Source of the DNA: the human T2T-CHM13v2.0 reference genome, Homo sapiens
Direction: 5' to 3' (one strand)
Assembly (NCBI RefSeq): GCF_009914755.1
Contig: NC_060932.1
DNA: 64,000 nucleotides
The position numbers were made by a program, and so were the translations under genes. Positions 15,122 through 30,289 of the stretch are shown here, piece by piece; within the stretch, counting starts at the first letter, position 1, and every line of letters starts with the position of its first letter. Under the pieces are notes generated by a model, which was not told the origin of the DNA, made no database searches, and saw only the letters and a list, made by a program, of their open reading frames with translations.

Positions 15122-15409
15122 TGGAAACAACTTACTTTTGTTTTGTTTTGTTTCTGCCATCATATACCCATGAAAACAACTTTCTAATAAGAGGAGATGG
15201 TGTAAAAGGAGGACTCAGAAAAGCTGTAGGCTTTGAATGAGGATGTGGTTATTTGGGAAGCAAACAGGATTTAAATGGTAAGGGGACTTGGGACCAGATT
15301 ATAGAGGACATTTCAAGTCAGAATGATTAGATTAATTAGCAAATCAAACCTTTGATTGCAGCTTTGTTGAAAGTGGAAGAAGCCTTAGAGACGATGTAAT
15401 CAATTCTCA

Positions 15410-16036
<627 letters not shown>

Positions 16037-17492
16037 TTACAGGTGTGAGCCACTGCCAAGATGAATCTTTAAGTTTTTATCACTCTATAGTTTATATTTC
16101 ATCTATTTTCAAAAGGCTTTTGGGAAGTTTCCAGTTTGTCCCACCCATGACTTTGGTTATTGTACAACCGAGCAAAAAGACAATTTCAAAATAAGCCCAG
16201 ACCATCATGAAACGTTGAATATGGCTGTTGCAAACACCAAACTTATTTGGTTGGCCTAAAATGTTTACTATGCGTTATCAATTTTTCATTTTTAAGTTAG
16301 TTAGAAAAAAGAGATCTTTGATTGAAGTATACCTCTAGTGACTCTCAAAGTCATAAAGAGTCATAGTGCCAATGTGAGCTCCTGAGATTTAGAATTACTA
16401 CAAGCTTTTTGCATTGGTTGGTCTAGGTGAAACCGCCCACCACAACCATTCCATTCCCCTATAAATATTAGTCATTCTGCGGGGTTCAGGTCCTTTTCTG
16501 CCTACTCTTTGAATCTTACTCATCCAGCCTTCCTGTTGAGTCACTTTTCTCTGCTGAGTTCCTGCAACACTGATTGTAGCAGTTTTTGTTGCACTCATTA
16601 TATGCTCTTTGTTTCTTGCACCTTCTTGAGAAATAGTTTATAAGCAGTAAAATTCACAAATCTTAAATGAATAACTCGATGCATTTTTACAAATGTATAA
16701 ACCATTATTCTGACCAACATTTCCAACACCTGCCCCTTCTCAGCCTATCCTCCTCCCACCCCACAACCACTATCCTGACTCCAATCATCATAGATTTGAC
16801 TATTCTTGATTCCATATAAATGGATTAATATATTGGAATAGAATCATACAATGTATGTACTCTTTTGTGTCTGACTTCTCGCACTCGATGTTATGTTTTT
16901 GAGATTCATTCATGTTGTTGTATGTATCAATACTTTATTCTTTTTTTATTACTGAGTAGTATTCCACATAGAAGCATGCCACAATGTGTTTGTTTTCCTA
17001 TTGACGAACATCTGGGTGTTGCCAGTTTTCTGTTTGAATATTTTGTGCAAGTCACTTTGTGGACATACGTATCATTTTCCTTGAATAAATACTTTGGCAT
17101 GGAATTGCAGGGTTATAGGTACACATGTATAGACAGGTATCTAACTCTATTAGAAACTCAGTTTTCAACAGCGGTTATACCAATACGTACTTCTACCAGG
17201 AAATATAAGTATTGCAGTTGCTCATCATCCTCATCAACCTTTATATTTACACCCTATTTAATTTTACCCATCCTGAAAATGTTAATGGTACCTCATTATG
17301 GTTTTCATTTATATTTACCTGATGTTTAATGATGTTTCATGAGAAGAATCTATTCATATTAAGCCTACAGACATCTTTATTTGTTGAGGTTCTTCAAATC
17401 TTTTGCCCATATTTAGGTTGATTTGTCTGCTGAATTATAGGCATTCTTTATTTATTCTCAATACAAGTTCTTTGTCAAATATATGGATTCCA

Positions 17493-17627
17493 GTTGGGCG
17501 CAGTGGCTCACGCCTGTAACCCCAGCACTTTGGGAGGCCAAGGCGGGCAGATCACTTGAGGTCAGGAGTTCAAGACCAGCCTGACCAACATGGAAAATCC
17601 TGTCTCTTCTAAAAATACAAACTTAGC
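17493..17627 (+). mobile_element. Alu left arm only; right arm replaced by a short inverted fill
   Basis: TSD ATATATGGATTCCA at 17479-17492 and 17657-17670. Confidence 0.9.
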
Positions 17628-18156
17628 TATATTTTATATATTGGAATCCATTACATATATATGGATTCCAATATTTTCTCCCAGTTTGTGGCTTGCCTTT
17701 TTCCTGTCTTGACATTGTCTTTCAATCAACAGACATTTTCTTAATTTGGCAAAGTCCAATTCATCATTGTTTTTCCTTTGTCATTAGTACTTTTTGTGCT
17801 TAAATAATCTTTGCTCTCCAAAGATCATGAAGATATTCCTCTGAGTTCTCTTCCGAAAATTTTATAATTTTAACTTTTACTTTTAGGCCTAGGTTCCATG
17901 TTAAATTAACTTTTATGTGTGTGGTGTGGTACTGGTCAAGGTATTTCATATGGTTACCCAGCTACAGTGTCATTTATTGAAATTAAGTTTGTTTCCCTAT
18001 TAAATTGTTTATGTGTTTGACAAAAGTCAACTGATGGTAGTAACCTTTGCAGTCTGACAAATAAGCCCTCCAGCTGTGTTCTTCTTCTTCAAGGCTGTCC
18101 TGGCTATTCTATATCCTTTGCATTTTTGAATCAGCTCATTAACTTCTACAAAACTT

Positions 18157-18413
18157 CTCCTGACCTCAGGTATCAGCCTGCCTGGGCCTCCCAAAGTCCT
18201 GGGATTACAGGCATAAGCCACTGCACCCAACTTTAACAGATATTCTTTATCAAATCGAAGAAACTTCCTTCCACTCCCTGTTTCATAAGAATTTTAACCA
18301 AGGTCAGTTGTTGAATTGTATCAAATGATATTTCTGCATATATTGAAATAATCATGTTTTCCCCTCTATTCTGTTTATATGGTAAAGTACATTGATTGAT
18401 TTACAAATGTTAA
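18157..18413. repeat. ~257-bp direct copy of 19247-19504 (Alu 5' end plus L1 flank)
   Basis: Near-colinear match spanning the same Alu/L1 junction. Confidence 0.92.
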
Positions 18414-19011
18414 AAGTCTGTTGGGATTTTAATTGGAATAGCATTGCATCTATAAATCAATTTGATAAGAATTGACATCTTAACAATTTAAAATTTCCAG
18501 TCAGTGATTATGATACATCTCTCCATTTATTACAAATATCTCTTCGCAATGTTTCATACTTTTCAGTATAGAGGTCTTAGACATCTTTTGTTAGATTTAT
18601 TCCCGGATATTAGGGGAATTTCTTTGATGCCATTGAAAATGGTATTGTTTTTAAGTCGCATTTTTCAGTGTTTATTGTTAGTATATAGAAAAATAATGGA
18701 TTTTAAAATATTGATGTATATTCCTCAATTTTGCTAAATTTACTTATTGGTTCAAGTGGCTTATAGATGCCTTGGAATTTCCTAACAGAAACATGTCAGC
18801 TCCCAATTGAGGTATCTTTGCTTCTTCTTTTTCAGCTTTTGCCTCTTTTATTTCTCATGGGGTACTTTTCCACTTCCACCACTTAGTCTTCCAGTACTAT
18901 GTTGAATAGAAGCAGTAAGAGCAGACATCACTTCTTTTTACAGATCTTCGAGGGAAAGCAGTTAATATTGCACCATTAAGTATATTAGGATTTTAACAGA
19001 TATTCATAGAT

Positions 19012-19324
<313 letters not shown>

Positions 19325-20132
19325 TAACAGATATTCTTTATCAAATTGAAGAAACTTCCTTCCATTCCCTGTTTCATAAGAATTTTAACCAAGGTCAGTT
19401 GTTGAATTGTATCAAATGATATTTCTGCATATATTGAAATAATCATACTTTCCCCTCTATTCTGTTTATATGGTAAAGTACATTGATTGATTTACAAATG
19501 TTAAGCCAATTTCTATTCCTAAGATAAACCCTATTTGACCACTATGTATTATCTTTTTTATATTATTGCTGGAATTGACTGGCTAATAATAGTTGAGAAC
19601 TTTTCATATATATATTCATGAGGAATACTGGACTATAATTTTCTTTTTTATAATGTCTTTATCAGGTTTTGGTATCACGGTTATGCTGTCCTCATAAAAT
19701 GCATTGGGAAATGTTCTCTCTTCTTGTTTTTTGGAATAATTTATGTAAAATTGGTAGTTTTCCATCATCAAATGTTTGTTTTGTTTTTTTTTTTTGTTTG
19801 TTTGTTTCTTTGTTTTGCTTTTGTAATTCATCAGTAAAGACATTTGGTCCCAGAGTTTCTCTGTGAAATTTTAATCTTTTTTTTAAATTTTAATAGATAC
19901 AAGACTATTCAGATTTTCTATTCTTAAATAAGTTTCAGAAAGTTGTGTATTCAAAGAATTTCTACATTTATTCTAAGTTGTTAAATTTATTGACATTAGT
20001 TATATATTTTTTATTACTTAATGTCTATAAGATGTAATCATGTTCCATTTTTCATTCCAGTTATTACTAGTTTGTGTTTTCTCTTTTTTCTAGATTAGGG
20101 GCTTTTGTTAGATTTATTAACAAAACTTTATA

Positions 20133-20494
<362 letters not shown>

Positions 20495-20842
20495 TTAAAA
20501 ATTGTTTCCCATTTTTATATTTCACTGATTTCTTCACTTTTCTTTATTATTTTCTTCTGTTTTCTTTGGGTGATTTCATGGTATATCTTTTTTAATCTTT
20601 TTACTTTCAACTCATATGTCTGCATGTTACTTTATGTTATGTTATTATTAGCTCTGCTTCCTCACATCCATGAGATACCGGAATTGTCTCTTAATGGTAC
20701 CCCTGGTTCCTAACAAGCCCAAAAGTCCCTGTAAAAGAGGATTTTTATTCTTATTATTTGCTATTAGCATGTGTACAGTTTTTCTAAGGGCAATATCAGT
20801 TAAGGTTTACATTAGAAGAAAGGGAGGTTAAAATTTAGTTCT

Positions 20843-20911
20843 GTTTTGCAGCATTCAAAACCATGATCTGGTAGGTTTTGCAGCATTCAAAATCATGATC
20901 TGGTAGGTTTT
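20843..20911. repeat. 32-bp tandem duplication
   Basis: GTTTTGCAGCATTCAAAA(C/T)CATGATCTGGTAG twice, one mismatch. Confidence 0.95.
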
Positions 20912-21754
20912 CACTTCACAGTACCCTACCAAAGGGCCAGTTTCCTACCCTGAAGATCTCTGGACCTCACAGAGCAGTCACCAGTTGCCTCAGCATTTTC
21001 CTAGCAGCACTGAAGTAGTTTCATGACTCTCAGGTTTTGAACACGTGTTTTAGCCAAATGGAATGGTGCCCGACTTACATGGGTCATGACACATAAATGG
21101 TGTAGATCTAATCACACTATAAGTGCTCCCACTATCTATGCCAAACTCCCGTGACTTTTTTTGTTTTCAATAAGATGATTGAAGACTTGTCATGTCTGTC
21201 TTCTCAAGTTGTGAAGCTAGGAATCACTGCTCCTGTTTGTATTAGAGAAGTGCTATCTGACATACTACATGAAACTACTGATTGCATCCCACTCATGGGC
21301 ATTTTCTAGAACTGGGGATCCCAGAACCATTACCCTACATCATTGACTCAGATATTACCTATATGAAATACATTATTCAGAAATATCTCCATCACTGGGT
21401 TTTAAATATTTAGAAAGCATGCAACACATATGCACTATAGTCTAAACAATTAAAGCATGTCTCATAGCTCCTAGTCCTGGGCTGGGCAGATGCAAAGAAT
21501 GTTTGTTTTCACTTATTTGGCCTCCAGAGTTCTGCTTTCTTTATGAGATAACCTGGACATTTCTGTTTCTGTTGGAAATAATTTACCGAAGAGAACATTG
21601 GCAGATGAAGTGTAGATTCATAGAGGTTTTTGCAATGCAAAGAAGAAGAAGGAAGAGGAGGAGGAGGAAGGAAAAGAAAGAAGGAAAAGGAAAAAAGGCC
21701 AAGCAGGACACTGGAACAATAGTATAATTTGTAGAGAATAAAAATTAGCTTCCT

Positions 21755-22036
21755 GGCCAGGAACGGTGGCTCACACCTGTAATCCTGACACTTTGGGAAG
21801 CTGAGATTAGCAGATCACTTGAGCTCAGGAGTTTGAGACCAGCTTGGGCAACATGGTGAGACTCCATCTCTACAAAAAATACAAAAATTCACCAGACATT
21901 AGTGGCATGCACCTGTAGTCCCACTACTCAGAAGGCTAAGGTGGGAGGTTGGCTTGAGACCAGGAGGCAGAGGTTGCAATGAGCCAAGATCACATCACTG
22001 CACTCCAGCCTGGGTGACAGAGCCAGACCCTGTCTC

Positions 22037-22063
<27 letters not shown>
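21755..22063 (+). mobile_element. AluJ-like SINE followed by (TA)n(TG)n
   Basis: Alu dimer with GACCCTGTCTC end. Confidence 0.92.
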
Positions 22064-22095
<32 letters not shown>

Positions 22096-22545
22096 AAGTT
22101 GTGTGAGGCAGTACTAGCATAATAGTTACATCTACAATGTGATGACCACTTTCCATCTTATAAACTACACATTGACCTAACATTATGATATATATACATA
22201 CATATGTATATTAAAAATATCTTTATATAACATACATAGAGGATATCTTTAGGACATTGCACACTTTTCATAATGGTCAGTAAAAAATGCTTTCCTTAGA
22301 GGTAGGGTCTGTGTTTTACTCACTCTGGGACTAGCCAGAATATATAGAATAGTCCTGAGCACACAGCATTCAGGCAACACCAAGAATGAGCTTTTTAATT
22401 AGTCAAACAAGCTACAAGTTCATTTCCATGACACTGTGTAAGTTCAGTCATTATCAATTTTGTGTGAAGCATTTGCAAATCTGCATGAAATCTGATCACT
22501 GCTCTCATGGAGCTCTCAGCACAGTATGGAGACAGCGGTATACAT

Positions 22546-22952
22546 GCTTACATTCCTCTGCTCAGGCTGCCATATAAACGCAATAGATGGGATGGCTTAA
22601 ACAACAAAAGCTTATTTTCTCACAGTTTCAGAGGCTAGAAGTCCAAGATGAAGGTATGGGCAGGGTCAGTTTCTTCTGAGGATTTTCCCCTTGGCCTGCA
22701 GATGGTTACCTTCACTCTGTGTCTTAACAGGGTCTTTTCTCTGTACACACACATCCCTAGTGTCTCTCTGGGTGTCCAAATTTCCTCTTCTTATAAGAAT
22801 AGTCAGAATTAATTGGGGCCCACTCTAAAGACCTAATTTTAACTTAATCACCATTGTAAAGTCCCTATCTCCAAATATAGTCACATTCTGAGGTATACTG
22901 GGGATAATACTTCAGCATGTGGATTTAGAGGGAAATAATTCAGCCCATAAGA
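22546..22952 (-). mobile_element. MLT1B-like MaLR solo LTR
   Basis: GGCTTAAACAAC...GAGGCTAGAAGTCCAAGAT...CCCTATCTCCAAATATAGTCACATTCTGAGG...AATTCAGCCCATAA. Confidence 0.8.
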
Positions 22953-23203
22953 AAGTTGATATTGCAATGTGAGTGATTAAACAATAAGGTGAGAACATTT
23001 AGCAACACATAGACTTTGTTGGATAAAGGACAGCGTGATTTTGGAAGACACAAAGCTCTTGAAGGCAAAGTAGTAACACCAGTGTTACTGCATTTTTCAC
23101 TTACTCTCTAAAATCCATTGGGTACTAAGTAGAACCCAGATTGGCAGTACCACTTGTTCTGGTTTCAGAAATAGTATTCTTCTCTTAAAAAATAAAGAGA
23201 AAA

Positions 23204-23515
23204 GGCCAGATACGGTGGCTGACGCCTGTAATCCCAGCACTTTGGGAGGCCGAGGTGGGCAGATCACAAGGTCAGGAAATCAAGACCATCCTGGCTCATG
23301 TGGTGAAACCCCGTCTCTACTAAAAATACAAACAATTAGCCAGGTGTGGTGGCAGATGCCTGTAGTCCCAGCTACTCAGGAGGCTGAGGCAGGAGAATGG
23401 CGTGAACCCAGGAGGCGGAGCTTTCAGTGAGCCAAGATCACGCCACTGCACTCCAGCCTGGGCAACAGAATGAGACTCCATCTCAAAAAAATAAATAAAT
23501 AAAAATTTAAAAAAA
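23204..23515 (+). mobile_element. AluY/Sc SINE
   Basis: GACCATCCTGGCT and GGAGAATGGCGTGAACCC. Confidence 0.94.
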
Positions 23516-24504
23516 GAGAGAAAAAATGATCTGGTGTTTAATATGTCACTTCAAGGAAGAGAGCCAGAGTTTAAGTTACCTTTTCATTAAGATTTATACT
23601 GTCTCTTCGATGTTTCAATGCAAAAATCATTTGGCTTGCTCTGTCCTTAACACACAGATACTAAAATTCTGCTCCCTAAAATTGCACCTGGAAGTGACTG
23701 AAGACATATTTTGATCCCAAAAATTTATTTATGGGAGTCCATTCTAGGAATTGTTTAGAGGTGGAAGGAAATAAAATATTAAGCATCCCTCACTGCCCAA
23801 ATTAGAGTGCAGAAAACTGAGCACAATATTGAATGGATTCAATAAACAGAACCAATCAATCAGCCAAACTTCGATTTATTCACCCAACAATTTATTCAGT
23901 CAAATGAGTGTTTGTTAAATTAAGGAGTAGTAAATCAATGAAAGATTTATTGAACACATATTATTTTCTAAAACTATGCTGAGCTCCATGGGGAGTGCGA
24001 GAACTAGATGAAAGGACCCCTCCCACAAGGAATTTATAATTAAAATGAGAGATAAAACTACCAAACATAAGCGAGAGAATAATTAGTGATTAATTGCACA
24101 GTACCAACAATAAATAGAGTGGGAATAATCAGTAAAGTTTTCACAGGAGAAGCGACATGTGAACAAAACCTTAGATGATGATTAGAATTTGACTAGGTGG
24201 ACAACAGTGAAGGGACACTCTAGGTGCAAGTGATGTCATTACACAACATGGAGGTAGAACTGAGCATGGAGAGTGAGTGGAGCAGTGAGGCCACTTGACT
24301 AAGTCAGATGATGCAAGTTGAGGGAGAGTGGTAAATAAGGTTGGAAAGGTTGACAACATTGACAACATTGTCAACATTGTCCAATAATGTTGGAAATGGT
24401 CTTAAACAGCAGAGTGTGACACTTTGGCATGAAATAATAAAGCAATAATACATACAGATCTCCTAAATGTCCTTTGCTGGGGAATAGACATGGTGTAACA
24501 TGTG

Positions 24505-24840
24505 TGTCTCAGTCTATAACAGAATACCTGAGAAACGGTACTTTATAATGAAGAGAAATTTGTTGTCTCACAGTTTTGGAGGCTGGGAAGTCCAAGATTA
24601 AGGTACCAGCACCTGGGGAGAGCCTTTCTGCTGCATCATTATGTGGGAGAAGGTGGAAGAGGAGGCACTCAGCAGAGCAAACCCACTTCTATAAGCCTCT
24701 TTCATAATGGCACTAATCCACTCATAAGGGCAGCACCTTATGACCTAAGCATCCCCATTAGGTCTCACCTCCCACTACTGTTGCACTGGGGATTAAGTTT
24801 CCAACACATGGATTCTGGGGGACATGTTGAAATCATAGCA
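24505..24840 (-). mobile_element. MST-type MaLR solo LTR
   Basis: MST motifs. 5-bp TSD ATGTG. Confidence 0.82.
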
Positions 24841-25914
24841 ATGTGTTTAGGTAGATGAGAGAAAAAGAGGCAACAATCTGCTAGGGCAGCATGAAAGTTA
24901 CAGCAATTTGGGCAAGTGGTCAGAAGGCCTGAAAATCAACAAATGGAAATGGGTTGGGGAAGCTGTGGATACAAGAAATTGTGAAGGAAATGTAGGCTTA
25001 TGTCATAGGATGTTTTACATCATTAAATCTGAGTAACTTGCAAAATGATGATGCCACTAACAGTGGAAAGGAAGAGACTGGATCTTTTTGGGAGAAGAAG
25101 GTAATGAGTACAGTCATATTGGATTGGGGTGCCTTGAACATTGCAAGTGAAACAACCCACAGACTCTTAAAGATAAAAATGAAGGTTTGGATAGGAAAAC
25201 TGACTTGGAGATACAGGAGTGTCTAAAGGTGGGTATTCAATATGTTGCTCTGTGATGGAATAGAATGTATCTACACATTTGAAACACAACTTATACATTT
25301 TAGGGTCAATAGAGTAGCAATGACAACTGAAGTCATGAGAATGAAACAAGCATCCTCAGACCAAGAAGGAAGAGCAAAGAATCAGTTCAGGGGACTGAGG
25401 GAACAGTCAGAATAATAGTGGGAAAACTGAAAGAGTGAAATGTAATGAGAGCCAAAGGAGGATAGAGTTTCACAGAGACAGGGAGTAGCGAGAGGTGTGT
25501 AAGGGCTGTGGGAAAGGAGGAAGAATCAATAGTGTCAGATTCAGCCAAAATTCAAGATAATTAAGAGTTAAGAATAGATTGATTTATAAAGCACCACTGG
25601 TGTCCTCCAGAAGAGCTGCTATAATACGGTGTCAGAACTGGGACCCAGATGTCAAGGGTTAAAAGTGAAGAATGAGACAGGAAGAGAGATAGGCATACCC
25701 TTCAGCATAAACCATGTCAATCAAGTGTAGATTTGAGAATGGGAGCTCAGAGACCCAATGCTATGGTCTGAATGTTTGTGTGGCCCCAAAATTCGTATGT
25801 TGAAACCTAATCCCCAATGTAATAGTATTAAGAGGTGGGGCCTTATGCACTGATGAGGTCACGAGGGTGGAGCCCTCATGAATGGGATTAGTGCCCTTAA
25901 AAAAGAGGCTTGAG

Positions 25915-26227
25915 GGCCAGGCGCGGTGGCTCATGCCTGTAATCCCATCACTTTGGGAGGCTGAGGTGGGTGGATCACGAGGTCAGGAGATCGAGACCAT
26001 CCTGGCTAATATGGTGAAACCCCGTCTCTACTAAAAAATACAAAAAAATTAGCTGGGCATGGTGGCAGGCACCTGTAGTCCCAGCTACTCAGGAGGCTGA
26101 GGCAGGAGAATGGCCTGAACCCAGGAGGCAGAGCTTACAGTGAGCTGAGATCGCGCCACTGCACTCCACTACAGCCTGGGCAACAGAGCGAGACTCCGTC
26201 TCAAAAAAAAAAAAAAAAAAAAAAAAA
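25915..26227 (+). mobile_element. AluY
   Basis: AluY diagnostics. GAGGCTTGAG on both flanks. Confidence 0.95.
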
Positions 26228-26376
26228 TGGAGGCTTGAGGGAGTGTGTTCACCTCTTGAACCATGTGAAGACACAACAAGAAGGTGCTGTCTGTGAGGAA
26301 CAGGCCTTCATCAGACGCCAAATCGGCTGGCACTTTGATCTTAGACTGCTCAGCCTTTAGAACTGCAAACAAAAAA

Positions 26377-26704
<328 letters not shown>

Positions 26705-28640
26705 TAAGACTTTTTTTTATAGCAGCCCAAATAGACCAAGACACCACCTTATTTTAGACATTGTGAAGAACGTCACATGCAACTGGTTGTCCCCTTTGGG
26801 AGGAGACATTTCCATTAGGGACTATAGACTTGGTAATAATCTAAGCTGGTGGTGCCAAGAGTCTAACTTGTGAGATTCAGACTCTAGAGGAGAACAGTTG
26901 AAGGCAAAAAGCAGAATTATAAACACTGAACAAGTGTTGTTTATTTGTTTACAAAGTAGTTTGAGGGCTCCAACAAATAAGTATAATTATCTCTATGAAA
27001 CAAATCCAATAGCAGGACATTAGCAAATCACAACAATTAGCAAATCACAATATGGGTCCATGCTTGTCTGGTGCAATCAATTGTTTGCTTTATGTACTGC
27101 TGCTACCTTGATGAAAGGTACTAGTGATGCCCTGAGTGGTCTGAAAGCGGACACTTGAAATCAACCCATGCAGCTTCAGCGAAATTATTTAATTAAGGTT
27201 AACAAAGTGGCTTTATTGCATGTGCCAACTCTGAGAAGTTGGTTGTGGCTACAAAGTGTGCAGGGTCAAGAAAGACTCTGAGGCTTTTCAGGAAAGGGTG
27301 CCTTCAACGAGCAACTTTTTCCGAGGGATTGTAAGGGGGATGTGGAAGCATTGGTGTTTCCCATCTTCTATCTTCCATTAAATGATTATCTCTTTGAATA
27401 GAAGATTCACTAAAGCCATAACACTTTGCATTTTTCTCTTTATCCTCTCGGCTTTTACGTTTAGTTAAGCCAAAATCTTATATTACAAATGCAAAACAGC
27501 CTAATGATAGGGAAGAGCAAATGAAGAGGAAAGAGTCTAGAAGTGAAATTAGGAGTATATAGGGAGTGACATGTGGGTGGATTAGAAAGAGAGATGCCGG
27601 AGAGAGAAAGAGGAACCAACACAGAGGAACGGGAGGGACAGAAATAGAGAGGGAACATGAAGATGGGTCTCCATTTCCTTCCCACTATTTTCTTTCCCAC
27701 CAAGTCTTCTTTTATTTTCCCCTCTTTTGTTCTCATGCTGGATCTGGCAGTCTGGGGTTCACCAGGCATGTATCAATCTACCTTCTAGTGATTCGGCAAT
27801 TCCTAAGAGCTTCTTAAGTCTCAGATGACACTGACGTCACAGGACAGCTGCCTTAAGAATTCCTCTAATCAGTGACTAAAATCTGCTTTAATCTAAAACT
27901 TGTACCTTTCCTAAATACCAGAGGAACCAGCAATCCAACCACATCTTTGGTTCCTGAGGCTTACCTAAGCTTTTTATTCAAAGAAAGTACAGAATCTCTA
28001 TTTAAATTTTAGTCTCAGTCCTTGAAAATGTCTGTGCTCCACATACCCAGCTACAGGTACTATGAAATATTTATTTAACCTTCAGCACTAGGACTTTGCA
28101 GCAAATTGGCTAGTTCTGACCACACTAAAAGCTTACAGCAGTCATCGGTGGCCTTTTCAGTTTAATTCAGAGTCACAAAAGCAATTCAGGCCAGGAATGC
28201 AACAAATTCAAAACCACTGCTTGTCTTGATATCTTAATGTCAATTATTTATAATTTCTCATCCTGGAGACAGTGAGAAGAAGAATAGAATGAATCAGCAA
28301 TTTTCTTTGCAAAGCTGTGCAGAGAATAAAAAGTATCTGCCTAGCAGGGGCGAGAAAGAAAGGTATATATTCTTTACTATAGTACTTAATTTAAAATCAC
28401 AAACTGGCCTACCCTTACTGATTTTGTTATTTTATTATTATTTTTTTAATGACCAGACCACAGTCCAGTAATAGGTGCTCTAATTAGGCAGCAGTTTATG
28501 TGAGGCAGCGTAGCTCTTCCATGGCTGCGAGAAACAAAGTGATGTTTTGAGTGGCATCAGAACAAGATGTTGCCCGCGAGTGGTGGTGCTGCCTGCATTT
28601 TATGTCTGGCATTGCCACTTATGCAAATCTCAAGGATCTA

Positions 28641-29025
<385 letters not shown>

Positions 29026-30154
29026 GCAATGAGATTACAAATGTTCAGCAGGCTTCAGGAGAAATGAAGTATTTGTTATGGATGGCTGGGGTCTGGCTTA
29101 TTTGCAAATGAAAATCTTACTCTGGGGCTATAATAATAATAAAGTTTTCTAAGATCCCAAAGCTAAATTCATGTAGGGTCCTCTCAGGGATTGAACAGTA
29201 TATCCTGAGAAATGTCTTCTAGCTAAAGTCAGGGCAAGGCAGAGCGTCCCCCTTAATAGGAGTCTGGGGATGTATTTCCCTTCCAGGAAAGAGAGGACAG
29301 TGATAATAGCTTCCAAAGCGGGGAGCTTTTCATGCTATTGAAACCAACTTGAACACAAAGCCACCATGAAGATATTCATTGTCTGGTGACATTTACTCAT
29401 GAATTCTGTCCCTGACTCATTCAACAAACATCCTTCCTAAGCCCCCTATAAAATAGACATTTCTGTGTGTATACAAAGAAGCTAGGGAGCTACGGCCCCC
29501 ACCAGAGTGAGCCCATGACCTAATGAAACAGACACTTATAGGGGATTATAAAACACTGTGGCAAGTGACCATGGTACCCTCAAACTGCCAGGGAAGCTTT
29601 GTGCAGGGATGTACAGCCAGCAGAGAGGCCAGAGGGTTCCCCAGTGGGAGGGATGCCTGAGACAGGCCTTTATTTCAACGTGATTTATTATTTTCTTTTG
29701 AATTCTCAAAACGATATGTTCGTTATCAAAAACTTGGAAAATAAAGAGTAGCACAATAAAGGTTAAAAATCACTTCCAGCTAGAAAGAACACCTCATTTG
29801 ATGTCATCCTTTTCTTTCCATGTGTGTCTGTGCATGTATTGTACTCTACTCAGCGGTGTCAGTCTCAAAGCCAGAGAGACCAAGGGACGCATCCTTTCAT
29901 TCTAGCTGAAGCCGATGGAATCCTACACTGAGAGCTGTGAGATGGGGACATTTGGGACAATCAGCCATGTAGTTTTAGGTCAATCATTTATACATTTTGG
30001 CCTCTGTTCTCTTGTTTCTATTATTCAAGTGGGTGGATGACCTCTCTAAGGTCCCTGCCAGCTCTCTGAGTTTAAGATCTTTATCTAAAGAGATGTTTAG
30101 GTTGATCTTAAAGATCAAGGCCGGCCTATGTAAAAGTCACATTGTCCAGGTAAA

Positions 30155-30226
30155 AAGGGGCTTATAATTCAATATCCATACATGACATAGAAGGGGCTTA
30201 TAATTCAATATCCATACATGACATAG
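30155..30226. repeat. Perfect 36-bp tandem duplication
   Basis: AAGGGGCTTATAATTCAATATCCATACATGACATAG twice. Confidence 0.97.
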
Positions 30227-30289
30227 TTAAAATGCACAGGCATGATGTATAGATGAGGACTGGGATGAAGCTTTATTTAACAGTTTCTC

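Noticed and set aside
16865-17329. 154-aa ORF
   Set aside because: Antisense frame of an old L1M 3' region.
24350-24385. Short tandem duplications (9-mer here; also about 9199, 27019 and 28633)
   Set aside because: Ordinary slippage-scale events.
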